A DNA stretch of 64,000 bases from Candidatus Micrarchaeia archaeon (GCA_038871515.1 JAVZHX010000003.1:1-64000); one strand, 5' to 3'. Positions 10,352 to 19,779 are shown, counted from the first letter of the stretch. The notes: generated by a model from the letters alone, not told the origin. Made by a program: numbers and translations.

Positions 10352-10419
10352 ATAAGATGATGAGGAAGGTGATCTCTGAGCTCCTAGGGCTGTGAAGATA
10401 GACGGACGACCTGATACAC
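10352..10419 (+). ncRNA. Box C/D methylation guide sRNA
   Basis: Box C ATGATGA 10357-63, 12-nt guide GGAAGGTGATCT, D' CTGA 10376-79, short hairpin, C' GTGAAGA 10392-98, 12-nt guide TAGACGGACGAC, D CTGA 10411-14. Ends approximate. Confidence 0.85.
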
Positions 10420-10510
10420 TTTACTATACTATACCTGCGTGTAGCAACCTGCTGATGGAGACAGTGATGGAGGAGGGTATAAGCTGAAAAGGACATAGTC
10501 AGAAGCAAGG

Positions 10511-10996
10511 ATGGGTACCATGACGGCATTAGATTTTGAAGAAATTGAGGTGGGTATTCAAACTTTTGGGTGGTATCCTTTTGGTAATAAGAAATTCAAG
10601 TGCCCTGGAGTGGGGAGTAAGGAGAAAGAATTCTATGTGCAGAATAACGAACTACCTCCGCCCTGTGATAGATGCTATAAAGCTTTGATATTTTGGGAGG
10701 GAAGCTACTGTAAAGAGAATCTAAATAGGTTTTTTGATACGATTAAATCCTTTAATTTTGAGTACCGTGGTAAATTCGATAAAAGAGTTGTAGTGTTTTA
10801 TTTTAGAGATAAGAGAAAGATGCTGAGTTTCCTCGAATATTTGAAGAATAAAATGCAGGAGTACGGCGTTAGAGGGAAGGTTGAGTGGAGAAGGGCATGC
10901 AAGGAGTATCAAGATTTAAAACCTGCACTTTGGAAAAATGCAAAAGAATTCATCCCGGATACGCTAGACAAACAAGCAAAATTGACTCATTTTTAA
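10511..10996 (+). CDS. Hypothetical protein with a CxxC motif
   Basis: 161-aa ORF with PPPCDRCYK and WRRAC; no family recognised. Confidence 0.6.
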   Translation: MGTMTALDFEEIEVGIQTFGWYPFGNKKFKCPGVGSKEKEFYVQNNELPPPCDRCYKALIFWEGSYCKENLNRFFDTIKSFNFEYRGKFDKRVVVFYFRDKRKMLSFLEYLKNKMQEYGVRGKVEWRRACKEYQDLKPALWKNAKEFIPDTLDKQAKLTHF

Positions 10997-11227
10997 GCCG
11001 GAAGGTGTTAGAAAGCGAGTGGTTGCCTCTGCGAACGGACTGGCCTTCCCGAAGCCTCTGTTTTAAGGTATTTAAGCATCCAAGTCAGTTAGGGCTTCTT
11101 TCACATTTGGGAAGGAGATGGGTTTTGTAAACCTCTAATACCTGAAACTTATCCAGCTGAGGGCAATCTGTGTCTTTCAGATCCAACTTGCATAGTGATA
11201 GCCCAAGGAATGTAAGTACGAGGAAAG

Positions 11228-11995
11228 CTAAACTTCATATTTTTTAAGTAACCGCAGAAGCTCCTCACTTGTTTCCTTGGATGAAGGAACATTTTTCATC
11301 AGCACATTCAGTTCTTTTTCCCATATTTTCTGCTTGCTCCGAACTGCTTTTTCAAACTGCGAGAATTCAAACCTCTTTCCGTAATAAGCAAGCTTCAAGT
11401 TGGCTTGTTCTTTGCTGAAAACTGCGTTTTTCTTGAGGAGAAACCACGCATCATAGACGTCCCTTGGCTTTTCCCTCGTCATGATCGCGCGGATTTTCTC
11501 TGCAAGCATTTCATCTAGATTCATACAAAGCGCCACATACGGGCGCAAATCTGCATAGGGAGGAACGATGCGCTTTGCCAAAGGAGTTTTCAGCACTTCC
11601 TCCCGCAAGCTTATCTCAATCAGGATTGTCTGCACGCTCCGCTCAGAGCCATCATAAAGCGGGCCCTTCACCTTAAGTTTAATTGAAATGGAATCCAGCT
11701 TTTCTTCCTTTTTTGACTCACGCGCTTCGGTCATTTTTTCAAGCTCGCGGACTGCCCGTTCTATCAGTCTGCCAACCTCTTCACTCTTTCCAATAAAAGT
11801 AAAATCAAGGTCCTCAGAGAACCTGTCAAGCCCGAAAGCTTTTTGCAAGGCAGTCCCTCCCTTGAAGACAAACTCGTTTGAAGAAACGGTGTACAGCGAG
11901 GCAAGAAAAGCATGCTGTAAGTAATCCTTTTCGGCTTGGTATGTGTTAAACCCAAGCGAACGCCCAACTGATTCCAATTCCTTACGGGTGATCAT
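11228..11995 (-). CDS. abiEii: AbiEii/AbiGii nucleotidyltransferase toxin (type IV TA)
   Basis: EKDY, FKGGTAL, RFSEDLDF, AEKIRA, RDVYD. Confidence 0.9.
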   Translation of the reverse strand: MITRKELESVGRSLGFNTYQAEKDYLQHAFLASLYTVSSNEFVFKGGTALQKAFGLDRFSEDLDFTFIGKSEEVGRLIERAVRELEKMTEARESKKEEKLDSISIKLKVKGPLYDGSERSVQTILIEISLREEVLKTPLAKRIVPPYADLRPYVALCMNLDEMLAEKIRAIMTREKPRDVYDAWFLLKKNAVFSKEQANLKLAYYGKRFEFSQFEKAVRSKQKIWEKELNVLMKNVPSSKETSEELLRLLKKYEV

Positions 11996-12693
11996 TCCAA
12001 AACCTCATTTATAATAAGCATCCACTTCCTGTTCTTTTCCCCCTTTCGGGTCAAAAGAGGATTCAAGAGCGCATAACGCGTTGACTTCGCGTTTAATGAT
12101 ATGCTCTCTTTCACTCCAGCTCTCTCAAGCAGGAAGCCAATCCTTCGTTTTACAACTGAGGAGCCGAGCCTATCAGCGTATTCACACAGCTTATTTACTT
12201 CAAGCTCCCCATGTTTCAATGCGTAAAAAATTTCTGATAGAGGGAGGTATCCTGGCAGATATAACCCATCTATAATCGCTTTCTCAGGTTCTGCTGCAAA
12301 AACATTTCCAAAACGCCTGAAGCCGAAAAGAGCTGACTTCTTAAGCGTTATGAACTCAATTCTCACATTCCCAAAGCTAATGTTTTTCTTCTGTTTTGCA
12401 CACGCCACCTGCACTTGAACTGGGATTTGGGTTGTAAGCTTGTGGAAAGCAAGTGCAGAGAGAAATGAGATGTAGGAGGGATAAACAAGATTTGATGCCA
12501 CCTCAAGTTCGCTTGTAGTTCGCAGGCAGTATTTCCCTCTCTCGACTCGCAGAATCTTGCCTCGCTTCGCAAGCCTACTTAGAAACAGCTTCGTATAACC
12601 CAGGGGTTTTTGGATGACCCTTGCGGCGTCTTTTAATGAGAAAATAACAACCCCTTCCCTTTCGAGTGCTTCGCGGAATGCATCCATATTCAT
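11992..12693 (-). CDS. abiEi: AbiEi-family antitoxin / transcriptional regulator
   Basis: N-terminal wHTH with RVERGKY, YISFLSALAFHKL, AEPEKAIID; 4-nt overlap with the toxin gene. Confidence 0.87.
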   Translation of the reverse strand: MNMDAFREALEREGVVIFSLKDAARVIQKPLGYTKLFLSRLAKRGKILRVERGKYCLRTTSELEVASNLVYPSYISFLSALAFHKLTTQIPVQVQVACAKQKKNISFGNVRIEFITLKKSALFGFRRFGNVFAAEPEKAIIDGLYLPGYLPLSEIFYALKHGELEVNKLCEYADRLGSSVVKRRIGFLLERAGVKESISLNAKSTRYALLNPLLTRKGEKNRKWMLIINEVLE

Positions 12694-12714
12694 AACATAT
12701 TTTTATACTTATGT

Positions 12715-12742
12715 ATTTATAAAGTTATCTTTTTTGATAACT
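12715..12742 (-). promoter_or_regulatory. AbiE promoter TATA box with adjacent inverted repeat (probable operator)
   Basis: TTTATAAA at 12715-22 immediately flanked by AGTTATC-N6-GATAACT at 12723-42. Confidence 0.6.
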
Positions 12743-12793
12743 AAAGTAATATTTAGGTATAACAATTGGATGTGGTGAGATCCTGTTTTGCTG

Positions 12794-12989
12794 CTTTATG
12801 ACCTACTCCTACCCTTAAGAACTTGTGAACGAGAAGCTTAAGTTCTACAACTTGAAATTTGATAAAAGAGTCTTTAGGAAGAAGCTCAGAGGGATAAAGC
12901 ACGTATGGAAGAGTGAGATTTCAGCTTTGACGAAAGCCCCGATTGATTATGAAGAAGCAGCTAGATTGGTTCTAAAACAGGTTGGTTAA
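12794..12989 (+). pseudogene. C-terminal remnant of a second AbiEii-like toxin
   Basis: 12819-12989 reads ELVNEKLKFYNLKFDKRVFRKKLRGIKHVWKSEISALTKAPIDYEEAARLVLKQVG*, alignable by eye to the C-terminus of the intact toxin; an LYDL motif lies just upstream in another frame. Confidence 0.65.
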
Positions 12990-13026
12990 CAAAGTAACAA
13001 TTTTCGCGCCAAGGATGACTGATGGA

Positions 13027-13641
13027 CTATCTGCGTCTTCGCCCTAACTCTAAGTATACATCGTTTAAATTCACTTCTTTCTTTGCAAGCAAAACCAGCA
13101 CGTGATACAATAAATCGCATGCTTCCCAAATCACCTCTTTCTTACTTTTAAACTCGACAGCCTCTGTTAACTCATCGCTTTCCTCCTTTATCTTTGCAAG
13201 CAACTTCCTTTGCTTTCTGAGTAGCTCGTTAGTGTAAGAGCCATCTCTTGGAAACTTTTTTCTATCAAGAATTAATGAAAAAAGCTCCTCCAATGATAAC
13301 TCTTTTTCATTTTTGAAAAAACACGTTCTATTGCCAGTGTGACACGCATTGCCAATTTGTTTTACTTTAAAAAGAACTGCATCAGCATCGCAGTCAACAC
13401 GGAAGCCCTCAACTAGCTGAAAATTTCCGGAAGTTTCCCCTTTCATCCACAACTTCTTCCTACTTCTGCTATAATACCACATCCTCCCAGTTGTGAGTGT
13501 TTTTAGAAACGCATTTCTATTCATGAATGCAACCATCAGAACTTCTTTGCTTTCGCTATCTTGAGCAACAGCTACGATTAACCCTCTGCCTTTTTTGAAA
13601 TCCAAAGTGTCCGCAGTTTCTTCTGCTTCTTTCAAATTCAT
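13027..13641 (-). CDS. hisIE: Bifunctional phosphoribosyl-AMP cyclohydrolase / phosphoribosyl-ATP pyrophosphatase
   Basis: [26 protein letters not shown], then SYT...KIKEE...EACDLLYH. Confidence 0.95.
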   Translation of the reverse strand: MNLKEAEETADTLDFKKGRGLIVAVAQDSESKEVLMVAFMNRNAFLKTLTTGRMWYYSRSRKKLWMKGETSGNFQLVEGFRVDCDADAVLFKVKQIGNACHTGNRTCFFKNEKELSLEELFSLILDRKKFPRDGSYTNELLRKQRKLLAKIKEESDELTEAVEFKSKKEVIWEACDLLYHVLVLLAKKEVNLNDVYLELGRRRR

Positions 13642-14417
13642 TTTCTAACCTCCACTCCTTTACTTTTAAGATAATTTTTAACTTCTTGTATGCTGTACCT
13701 ATTAAAGTGAAAGATGCTTGCGGCAAGAGCTGCGCTTGCTTGAGTTTTGTTAAAAAGTTCATAAATCTGAGCCGGGTTACCACAACCACCACTTGCAATA
13801 ACCGGAATTGACACGCTTCTGCTAACTTGTTGAATTAGCTCAATATCATAACCCTTGTTCGTTCCGTCCCTATCTATAGAGGTGAGGAGTATCTCCCCCG
13901 CTCCCCTTCTCTCCACCTCCTCAGCCCACCTTACTGCGTCAACTCCCGTGAATTTTCTTCCACCATAAGCAACGCATTCATACCATCCTTTTCTCTTGGA
14001 AAACCTTCTTTTTGCGTCTATTGCAACAACCACGCACTGGCTGCCAAAAATTTTTGAAGCTTTGTCTATTAGCTCTGGATTCTCAAGCGCAGCAGTATTT
14101 ATTGAGCACTTATCCGCCCCAGCTCTGAGTAACGTTCTAAAATCCTCTATGCTCCTTACACCACCTCCAACAGTTAAAGGAATGAAAACTTCTTTTGCGG
14201 TTCTCTTTACAACTTCGACCATTGAAGCTCTTCTCTCCCAAGATGCAGTTATATCCAGTAAAACTATCTCATCCGCTCCCTCCAATGAGTATTTTCTAGC
14301 TAGCTCCCAGGGGACACCAGCGTATTCTATTTCTTTGAATTTCACCCCCTTCACAACTCTCCCTTTTGGAACCGCCAAATCGCAGTCCAAACATGGAATT
14401 ATCCTTCTTGTAAGCAT
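13638..14417 (-). CDS. hisF: Imidazole glycerol phosphate synthase cyclase subunit
   Basis: [43 protein letters not shown]. Confidence 0.96.
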   Translation of the reverse strand: MLTRRIIPCLDCDLAVPKGRVVKGVKFKEIEYAGVPWELARKYSLEGADEIVLLDITASWERRASMVEVVKRTAKEVFIPLTVGGGVRSIEDFRTLLRAGADKCSINTAALENPELIDKASKIFGSQCVVVAIDAKRRFSKRKGWYECVAYGGRKFTGVDAVRWAEEVERRGAGEILLTSIDRDGTNKGYDIELIQQVSRSVSIPVIASGGCGNPAQIYELFNKTQASAALAASIFHFNRYSIQEVKNYLKSKGVEVRK

Positions 14418-15121
14418 TTCACAACCTCCTTCAATTTGATCCTACCTTCGTAAAGTGCTCTTCCCACAACAGCGCCATACGCACCTGCCTGTTTCACCTT
14501 TTCCAAATCCTCTACAGAGTTTATTCCACCACTTGCTATTACTGAAGTTCTGGTGCCTGCAACCAACTTTTTAATGTTCTTTACATCGGCTCCTGAAAGC
14601 ATTCCATCTCTATCAACGCACGTAAATAGCATAAAGCCTGCCCCAAGTTTCTCAACATTTTTTGCGTATTCTAGGGGAGAGATCCTGAGACTATTCTTCC
14701 ATCCGTCCACAACAATCTGGTTTTTTCTGTAATCAACAGCAACACAGACAGCTTGTTTTCCGTATTCCACAACCAACTTTTTAACCAGAAATGGATATCT
14801 GAAAGCAGCGCTTCCAGTAATCACTCTCGAGACACCTTCTTCAAAAAGTTTTTTTGCATCTTCATATCTTCTCACTCCACCACCTACTTGGATGGGGATA
14901 CTTATCTCCCTCGCTATTTTGCTTATTATCTCAAAATTTTGCACCTTCCCTATTCTCGCACCGTCCAAATCGACTATATGTATAAATTTTGCACCTTCCC
15001 TCTCCCATCTCCTAGCAACTTCCATAGGATTTGCGGAAAAAACTTCTTCCTTGGAGTAGTCTCCTTGCATAAGCTTCACGCACTTTCTGTTTCTTATATC
15101 AATTGAAGGAATGACGAGCAT
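14399..15121 (-). CDS. hisA: ProFAR isomerase
   Basis: [35 protein letters not shown]. Confidence 0.95.
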   Translation of the reverse strand: MLVIPSIDIRNRKCVKLMQGDYSKEEVFSANPMEVARRWEREGAKFIHIVDLDGARIGKVQNFEIISKIAREISIPIQVGGGVRRYEDAKKLFEEGVSRVITGSAAFRYPFLVKKLVVEYGKQAVCVAVDYRKNQIVVDGWKNSLRISPLEYAKNVEKLGAGFMLFTCVDRDGMLSGADVKNIKKLVAGTRTSVIASGGINSVEDLEKVKQAGAYGAVVGRALYEGRIKLKEVVKCLQEG

Positions 15122-15718
15122 TCAACTCACCAAATTGGCGAAATTATTCAACAACCTCAGCCCCACTTCTCCGCTTTTTTCTGGATGGAACTGTGTCGCA
15201 AAAATGTTTTCCTTGGATATGACGGAAGGGAACTCCCTGCCATACTCTGTTGTTGCAACAGTTATCTTCTCATCAAATGGCGCAACATAGGAGTTTGCGA
15301 AGTAGAAATATGCTCCATTGGGTATTCCTTCCAGCAAACTGCATTTTTTTACTATTTTTATTGAATTCCACCCAAGCTGCGGCACTCTAAATCCATTTCT
15401 TGCAATCCTTTCAACTCTTCCTTTAAAAAAACCGAATCCTCTGACACCAGGACTTTCCTCACTCTCCTCAAAAAGCAACTGCAAACCAAGGCATAACCCC
15501 AGAAGAGGTTTTCCGTTCTCTATCTCATTTAGAATCACCCTTCTCAACACCTCGATGTTCTTTATGCAAGCAAATGCCCCAACCCCCGGAAGCACTACAG
15601 CAGAGCTTTGCTCGATATCACTCTTACTCCGTGATATTTTCACTCTTCTCCCAAGCTTAGCGAAAGCATTTCTTATACTGGCCAAGTTACCAGTATTGTA
15701 ATCAACCACCACAATCAA
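15122..15718 (-). CDS. hisH: Imidazole glycerol phosphate synthase glutaminase subunit
   Basis: LPGVGAF, GLCLGLQLL, QFHPEKSG. Confidence 0.95.
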   Translation of the reverse strand: MIVVVDYNTGNLASIRNAFAKLGRRVKISRSKSDIEQSSAVVLPGVGAFACIKNIEVLRRVILNEIENGKPLLGLCLGLQLLFEESEESPGVRGFGFFKGRVERIARNGFRVPQLGWNSIKIVKKCSLLEGIPNGAYFYFANSYVAPFDEKITVATTEYGREFPSVISKENIFATQFHPEKSGEVGLRLLNNFANLVS

Positions 15719-16569
15719 GGAATCACCCTCCCCATTCCAAATACAAGTATGTCCTTCGCTCCAGCATTCTTCAGCTTCCTCACAGTGCTCATCAACTCCC
15801 TCTCATCAACTACGGAGTGCACTGCGTATTCCCCTTCTTTTGCAAGTTTTAGAACTGTTGGGCTTTCCATCGCGGGCATAACTGCGATGACTTTCCTGAG
15901 AATTTCATCGGAAGTAACGTTTGCCATCACATATCTTTTCTTCTCAGCGGTCATCAACCCTTCAAATGAGAATTTAAGCTCATCAACTTTCTCCTTTGTG
16001 CTAGCCGGAGTTCTTCTGTTTGTAATGAGGCATGCAGTTGACTCAAAGAGTGTATCCAAAACTCGCAGATTGTTTACTGTAAGGCTTGTGCCAGTGGTTG
16101 TTTGATCAACAATCGCATCAGCAATACCTAAGTAGGGCGCAAGCTCTAAAGCACCAGAAAGCCCAACCACTTCTGCTTTAATCCCATTTTCTTTTAGATA
16201 TTGTCTTGTTACATTCACCAAAGCAGTAGCAATTCTTAATTCATCTAAATCATTTGGTTTTTTGATTCCGCTTTTTTCAGGGACAGCTAAAACTACCCTG
16301 CACCATCCAATATTCAACCTTGTAACCAGCTCAACATCTGCATTCTTTTCCTTTATCATATCCAACCCAGTTATTCCAGCATCAGCAGCTCCACTTTCCA
16401 CGTATTTTGGTATATCCTCTGCCCTAGCAAAAAGAAGAGAGATATCATCGCAGTTCGTTCTTCCGTACAACTTCCTTCCATTACTTCCAACTGCTCTTAT
16501 CCCACACCTCTCAAGCAATTCTATAGTAGGCTTGAAAAGCCTTCCTTTGCTTGGGATTGCTATTCTCAT
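15715..16569 (-). CDS. hisG: ATP phosphoribosyltransferase (long form)
   Basis: IAIPSKGRL, DAGITGLD, ELAPYLGIADAIVD, C-terminal SPTV regulatory domain. Confidence 0.95.
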   Translation of the reverse strand: MRIAIPSKGRLFKPTIELLERCGIRAVGSNGRKLYGRTNCDDISLLFARAEDIPKYVESGAADAGITGLDMIKEKNADVELVTRLNIGWCRVVLAVPEKSGIKKPNDLDELRIATALVNVTRQYLKENGIKAEVVGLSGALELAPYLGIADAIVDQTTTGTSLTVNNLRVLDTLFESTACLITNRRTPASTKEKVDELKFSFEGLMTAEKKRYVMANVTSDEILRKVIAVMPAMESPTVLKLAKEGEYAVHSVVDERELMSTVRKLKNAGAKDILVFGMGRVIP

Positions 16570-16578
16570 CCTATCACC

Positions 16579-17160
16579 TCACAAAATCCCTTTCGTACTG
16601 GGGATTCCTGAAAAGTTCTTCTCGCAAGCAATTTTCAGTGCTCTTCCAAATGCTTTGAACATCGCCTCAATTTTGTGGTGTTCGTTTCTACCCCTGAGCA
16701 AGATTACCCATACATTGGAGCAGGAAGCATCGGAGAATGATTTGAAGAAATCATACAATAGTTCTGTGCTGAAATCCTCCGCCTTTTCCCTCTGAAAGAC
16801 TGCTTCAACAGAACAGAATGGCCTTCCTCCTAAATCTACTGAAACCAGCGCCAGAGCATCATCCATTGGAATGATGGAAAAGCCGTATCTGTTTATACCT
16901 CTTTTTTCACCAAGTGCTTTTTTGAATGCCTCCCCAAGTGCCAAACCCACATCCTCAACTAGGTGGTGCTCATCATTGCTGAACATCTCTGCTTTTAACT
17001 TCAAATCAAACATTCCTTGCTTCGCAAGCGTTTCAAGCATGTGCTTGAAAAATACCTGAGAGATACATATCTCAAACCTTCCTTCACCATCAATGTTCAG
17101 CTCAGCAGAAACCTCACATTCAAGTGTTTTTCTTTCAATTTTTGCAACTCTTTTACTCAT
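16579..17160 (-). CDS. hisB: Imidazoleglycerol-phosphate dehydratase (monofunctional)
   Basis: HHLVEDVG, PMDDAL, GRNEHHKIEAMFKA, PSTKGIL; no phosphatase domain. Start set at MSKR. Confidence 0.94.
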   Translation of the reverse strand: MSKRVAKIERKTLECEVSAELNIDGEGRFEICISQVFFKHMLETLAKQGMFDLKLKAEMFSNDEHHLVEDVGLALGEAFKKALGEKRGINRYGFSIIPMDDALALVSVDLGGRPFCSVEAVFQREKAEDFSTELLYDFFKSFSDASCSNVWVILLRGRNEHHKIEAMFKAFGRALKIACEKNFSGIPSTKGIL

Positions 17161-18211
17161 TAAGAACACCCCTCAACTCCCTTACGAGTATGGAATTTTC
17201 TCTTCTGCTCCTCACAGTGAACCTCAAGAAGTCCCTCAATTGTTTGGAGCTGAATTTTCTTGCAACAATTCCTTTCCTAATCAATCTGTTGAATACATAC
17301 CTCGCATCCTTGAATTTGACAAGAAGGAAGTTTGCGTAGGAAGGAAAAACTCTCAAATCTAATTTCTTTAGTTGTTTAGCAAGTCTCTCCCTTTCGCTTA
17401 CTATTATCTTAACATTGTTTTCCATTCTCTCTCTTTTTTTCAACGATTCCTCAGCAAGAAAAATTGAAACCGAACTCACGCTGTTAGGCATTCTTACTTT
17501 GTTCATCAATTTTGCTATTTGTTTTGATGAGAGAGAGTATCCAACTCTCGCACCAGCAAGGGAGAACGCTTTTGAAAACGTTCTGACGATCAGAAGATTT
17601 TCATACATGCCAAGCAAGTCTGCGGAACTTCTACCGCAGAATTCAAAATAGGCTTCATCCACAACAACATACCCCTCAATGTTGCTTACAATTTTCTCAA
17701 TTTCCCTCAATCCAGAGAGGTTTCCTGTCGGGTTATTTGGGTTGCATACGAAAACAAGCTTCGCTTTTATTTCATTTGCTTTTGAAATTAAAATTTCTTC
17801 ATCAAGCGAAAAATCCTCCCTCCTTTCCACTTCATAAGCCACTCCCCCAACTCCTTCAACAACAACCCTGAACATGGGGTAGGTTGGGGATGAGATTACT
17901 GCTTTGTCCCCCTTTTCAAGAACTACCCTGGCAATTATGTTCAGCAGTTCATCTGCTCCTGCCCCCACCACGATTCCATCACTAGGAACTCCTGTATATT
18001 CGCCAAGCATCCTGCGCAGATTCGTATAGGATGGATCTGGGTACTCGTTAAGCTCAATCCTTTTAAAACTGAAAGTTGGTTTGAATAGAGAGGTGTTGGT
18101 ATCAAAGCGTATAATTTTAGTAAGGGGAATTCCGTACTTTCTGGCAATGCTCTCGCTAGAAACTTCCCATTCATACTGGTTCATCCTTCTTACAGTTTCA
18201 CTCACTTCCAC
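17153..18211 (-). CDS. hisC: Histidinol-phosphate aminotransferase
   Basis: YPDP, GADE, NPNNPTG, DEAYFEF, RTFSKAFSLAGARVG; probable GTG start at 18211 overlapping the hisD end. Confidence 0.93.
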   Translation of the reverse strand: MEVSETVRRMNQYEWEVSSESIARKYGIPLTKIIRFDTNTSLFKPTFSFKRIELNEYPDPSYTNLRRMLGEYTGVPSDGIVVGAGADELLNIIARVVLEKGDKAVISSPTYPMFRVVVEGVGGVAYEVERREDFSLDEEILISKANEIKAKLVFVCNPNNPTGNLSGLREIEKIVSNIEGYVVVDEAYFEFCGRSSADLLGMYENLLIVRTFSKAFSLAGARVGYSLSSKQIAKLMNKVRMPNSVSSVSIFLAEESLKKRERMENNVKIIVSERERLAKQLKKLDLRVFPSYANFLLVKFKDARYVFNRLIRKGIVARKFSSKQLRDFLRFTVRSRRENSILVRELRGVLNE

Positions 18212-19451
18212 ATTCACCACCAATTTCAGCTGCTCTGGCGTGCTCCTCAAGCCCTTCAATTCTGGCTAGCCTCGCAACTATCCGCGCAAATCTCTTCCTT
18301 GCCGTTTTGCTCAAAGTTTGAATGAACATACCTTTCATAAATGTTATAATCGACAATCCGGAGTAGCATTTCGCGCTTCCTCCCGTAGGAAGTATGTGGT
18401 TACAACCAGTAGCTCCATAATCGCCATACACCGCTCCAGTATTGATGAAAACCGCTCCTGCGTTAACCACCCCACTCAACACTCTCTTCCACTCATCTGC
18501 AAAAATTTCAAGGTGCTCTGGTGCGTATTCATTTGAAATTTCCAAAGCATCCTCCATATCTGAGACAAGGAGTACCGTCATTCTGTTGGGACATTTCCCT
18601 AAAATTGCTGAAAGCCTGTTCGCAAACTTTTTGGAAGTGGTTATGCATATGCTCTCTGAGCCTTCTCCGTGTTCCGCCTGGGCTAGCATGCTTGAAGCAA
18701 CAACTCTCTCATCCGCATTCCCATCAGCAATCACAACCAGCTCGCTAGGCCCTGCAGGCAGATCAATTTTCACAACACCTCTTGCTGCAAGGATCTGCTT
18801 TGCGGCTGTCACATACGCATTTCCAGGTCCAACAATCAGTTGAACTGGTTCAAGGCATTCCAAACCATATCCCATCGCAGCTATTGCCTGCGCTCCTCCA
18901 ATTTTGAATATTCTATCCGCACCAGCCTCTCTTGCTGCAACAAGAATGAATGGATTTGCTAAGCCATTCTTTTGGGGTGGGGTGCAGAGCACAACTTCCT
19001 GAGCACCCGCAACCTTCGCCGGTACTACTCCCATAAGAACTGATGAAACAAGCGGTGCCTTCCCAGCTGGTGCGTACACCCCAACTCTTCTTATTGGAAG
19101 CCACCTAAATTCTGAAAGCCCTTCACCAGTTGCGAGGGTTGTATCCACTATCCCTTGCTTCTGCAACTTCTGAAATTTCTCAATTTTCCTTTTCGCAATT
19201 CTTATCACCTGCAAATCCTCTTTTGAACACTCTTTATACGCATTCTCAATTTCCTCTTCATCAACTTCTAATTTTGATAGTTTAACTCCATCAAATCTCT
19301 CGGTGAGCTCAAAAACAGCCTGGGAACCTCCTTCTTTCACATAATCAACTATTCTCTCTGCTTCCCTCACCTTCCTTGAGAGAACCTCTGTTCTCTTTAA
19401 AAGCATCTTCAAAGCTTCCAAATTTCCTCTCCGGTATTTTATAACTTTCAT
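18198..19451 (-). CDS. hisD: Histidinol dehydrogenase
   Basis: GGAQAIAA, GPGNAYV, AGPSE, AQAEH, APEHLE, GDY, NHILPT, EGLEEHA. Confidence 0.96.
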   Translation of the reverse strand: MKVIKYRRGNLEALKMLLKRTEVLSRKVREAERIVDYVKEGGSQAVFELTERFDGVKLSKLEVDEEEIENAYKECSKEDLQVIRIAKRKIEKFQKLQKQGIVDTTLATGEGLSEFRWLPIRRVGVYAPAGKAPLVSSVLMGVVPAKVAGAQEVVLCTPPQKNGLANPFILVAAREAGADRIFKIGGAQAIAAMGYGLECLEPVQLIVGPGNAYVTAAKQILAARGVVKIDLPAGPSELVVIADGNADERVVASSMLAQAEHGEGSESICITTSKKFANRLSAILGKCPNRMTVLLVSDMEDALEISNEYAPEHLEIFADEWKRVLSGVVNAGAVFINTGAVYGDYGATGCNHILPTGGSAKCYSGLSIITFMKGMFIQTLSKTARKRFARIVARLARIEGLEEHARAAEIGGECGSE

Positions 19452-19465
19452 AAAAACACCCGAAA

Positions 19466-19537
19466 GGCCGAGGCTGGGAATCGAACCCAGGCAGGAGAGT
19501 CCACAGCCCTCTGTGCAGCCTCTACACTACCTCGGCC
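19466..19537 (-). tRNA. tRNA-His(GTG) with encoded G-1, no encoded CCA
   Basis: G-GCCGAGG/CCTCGGC-C acceptor (G-1:C73), D stem GTGT/GCAC, anticodon arm GAGGG-CTGTGGA-CTCTC, T arm CTGGG-TTCGATT-CCCAG; ends 14 nt before the hisD ATG. Confidence 0.93.
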
Positions 19538-19568
19538 GTAGAACAATCTGAGGAAAAGCAACAGTGGA

Positions 19569-19598
19569 TTAAAGATGAAGTAGCTCGCCTTTACTCAT
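19569..19598 (-). promoter_or_regulatory. Leader ORF 2 of his operon, MSKGELLHL* (CTA-CTT-CAT)
   Basis: ATG AGT AAA GGC GAG CTA CTT CAT CTT TAA preceded by GGAGGGAGTG; the +1 frame from CTT-C is open to TGA 19450-48 overlapping the hisD ATG. Confidence 0.65.
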
Positions 19599-19779
19599 CG
19601 CACTCCCTCCAGTTTTTTGATATGCTCCTCCCTGAATCCTCGTTTACCCCTCTTAGAACTAGCTTCCCCCCTTCAAATTCAAGTTGAATTAGTTTGGAAA
19701 TTTTGAGTGCTTTTCTTATAGTTACGGGCAGAACTAGGCGTGACTTCTCATCAAGTCTGCATACCCACTTTCTTGTGAA
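19591..19779 (-). other. Start-less AbrB/MraZ-like reading frame (+1 frame of leader ORF 1)
   Basis: FTRKWVCRLDEKSRLVLPVTIRKALKISKLIQLEFEGGKLVLRG...CDE*; no in-frame ATG/GTG/TTG after the upstream TGA at 19794-92. Confidence 0.6.

Noticed and set aside
10452..10487. Possible additional C/D sRNA (CTGA...GTGATGG...CTGA)
   Set aside because: No upstream box C at suitable spacing and the C'-like box is degenerate.
10997..11227. Long intergenic stretch, possible gene remnant or ncRNA
   Set aside because: Only short interrupted frames and no convincing boxes or structure; cannot support a call.
10997..19537. his operon plus AbiE as an element integrated at tRNA-His
   Set aside because: No duplicated tRNA 3' end (att site) or integrase found by eye.
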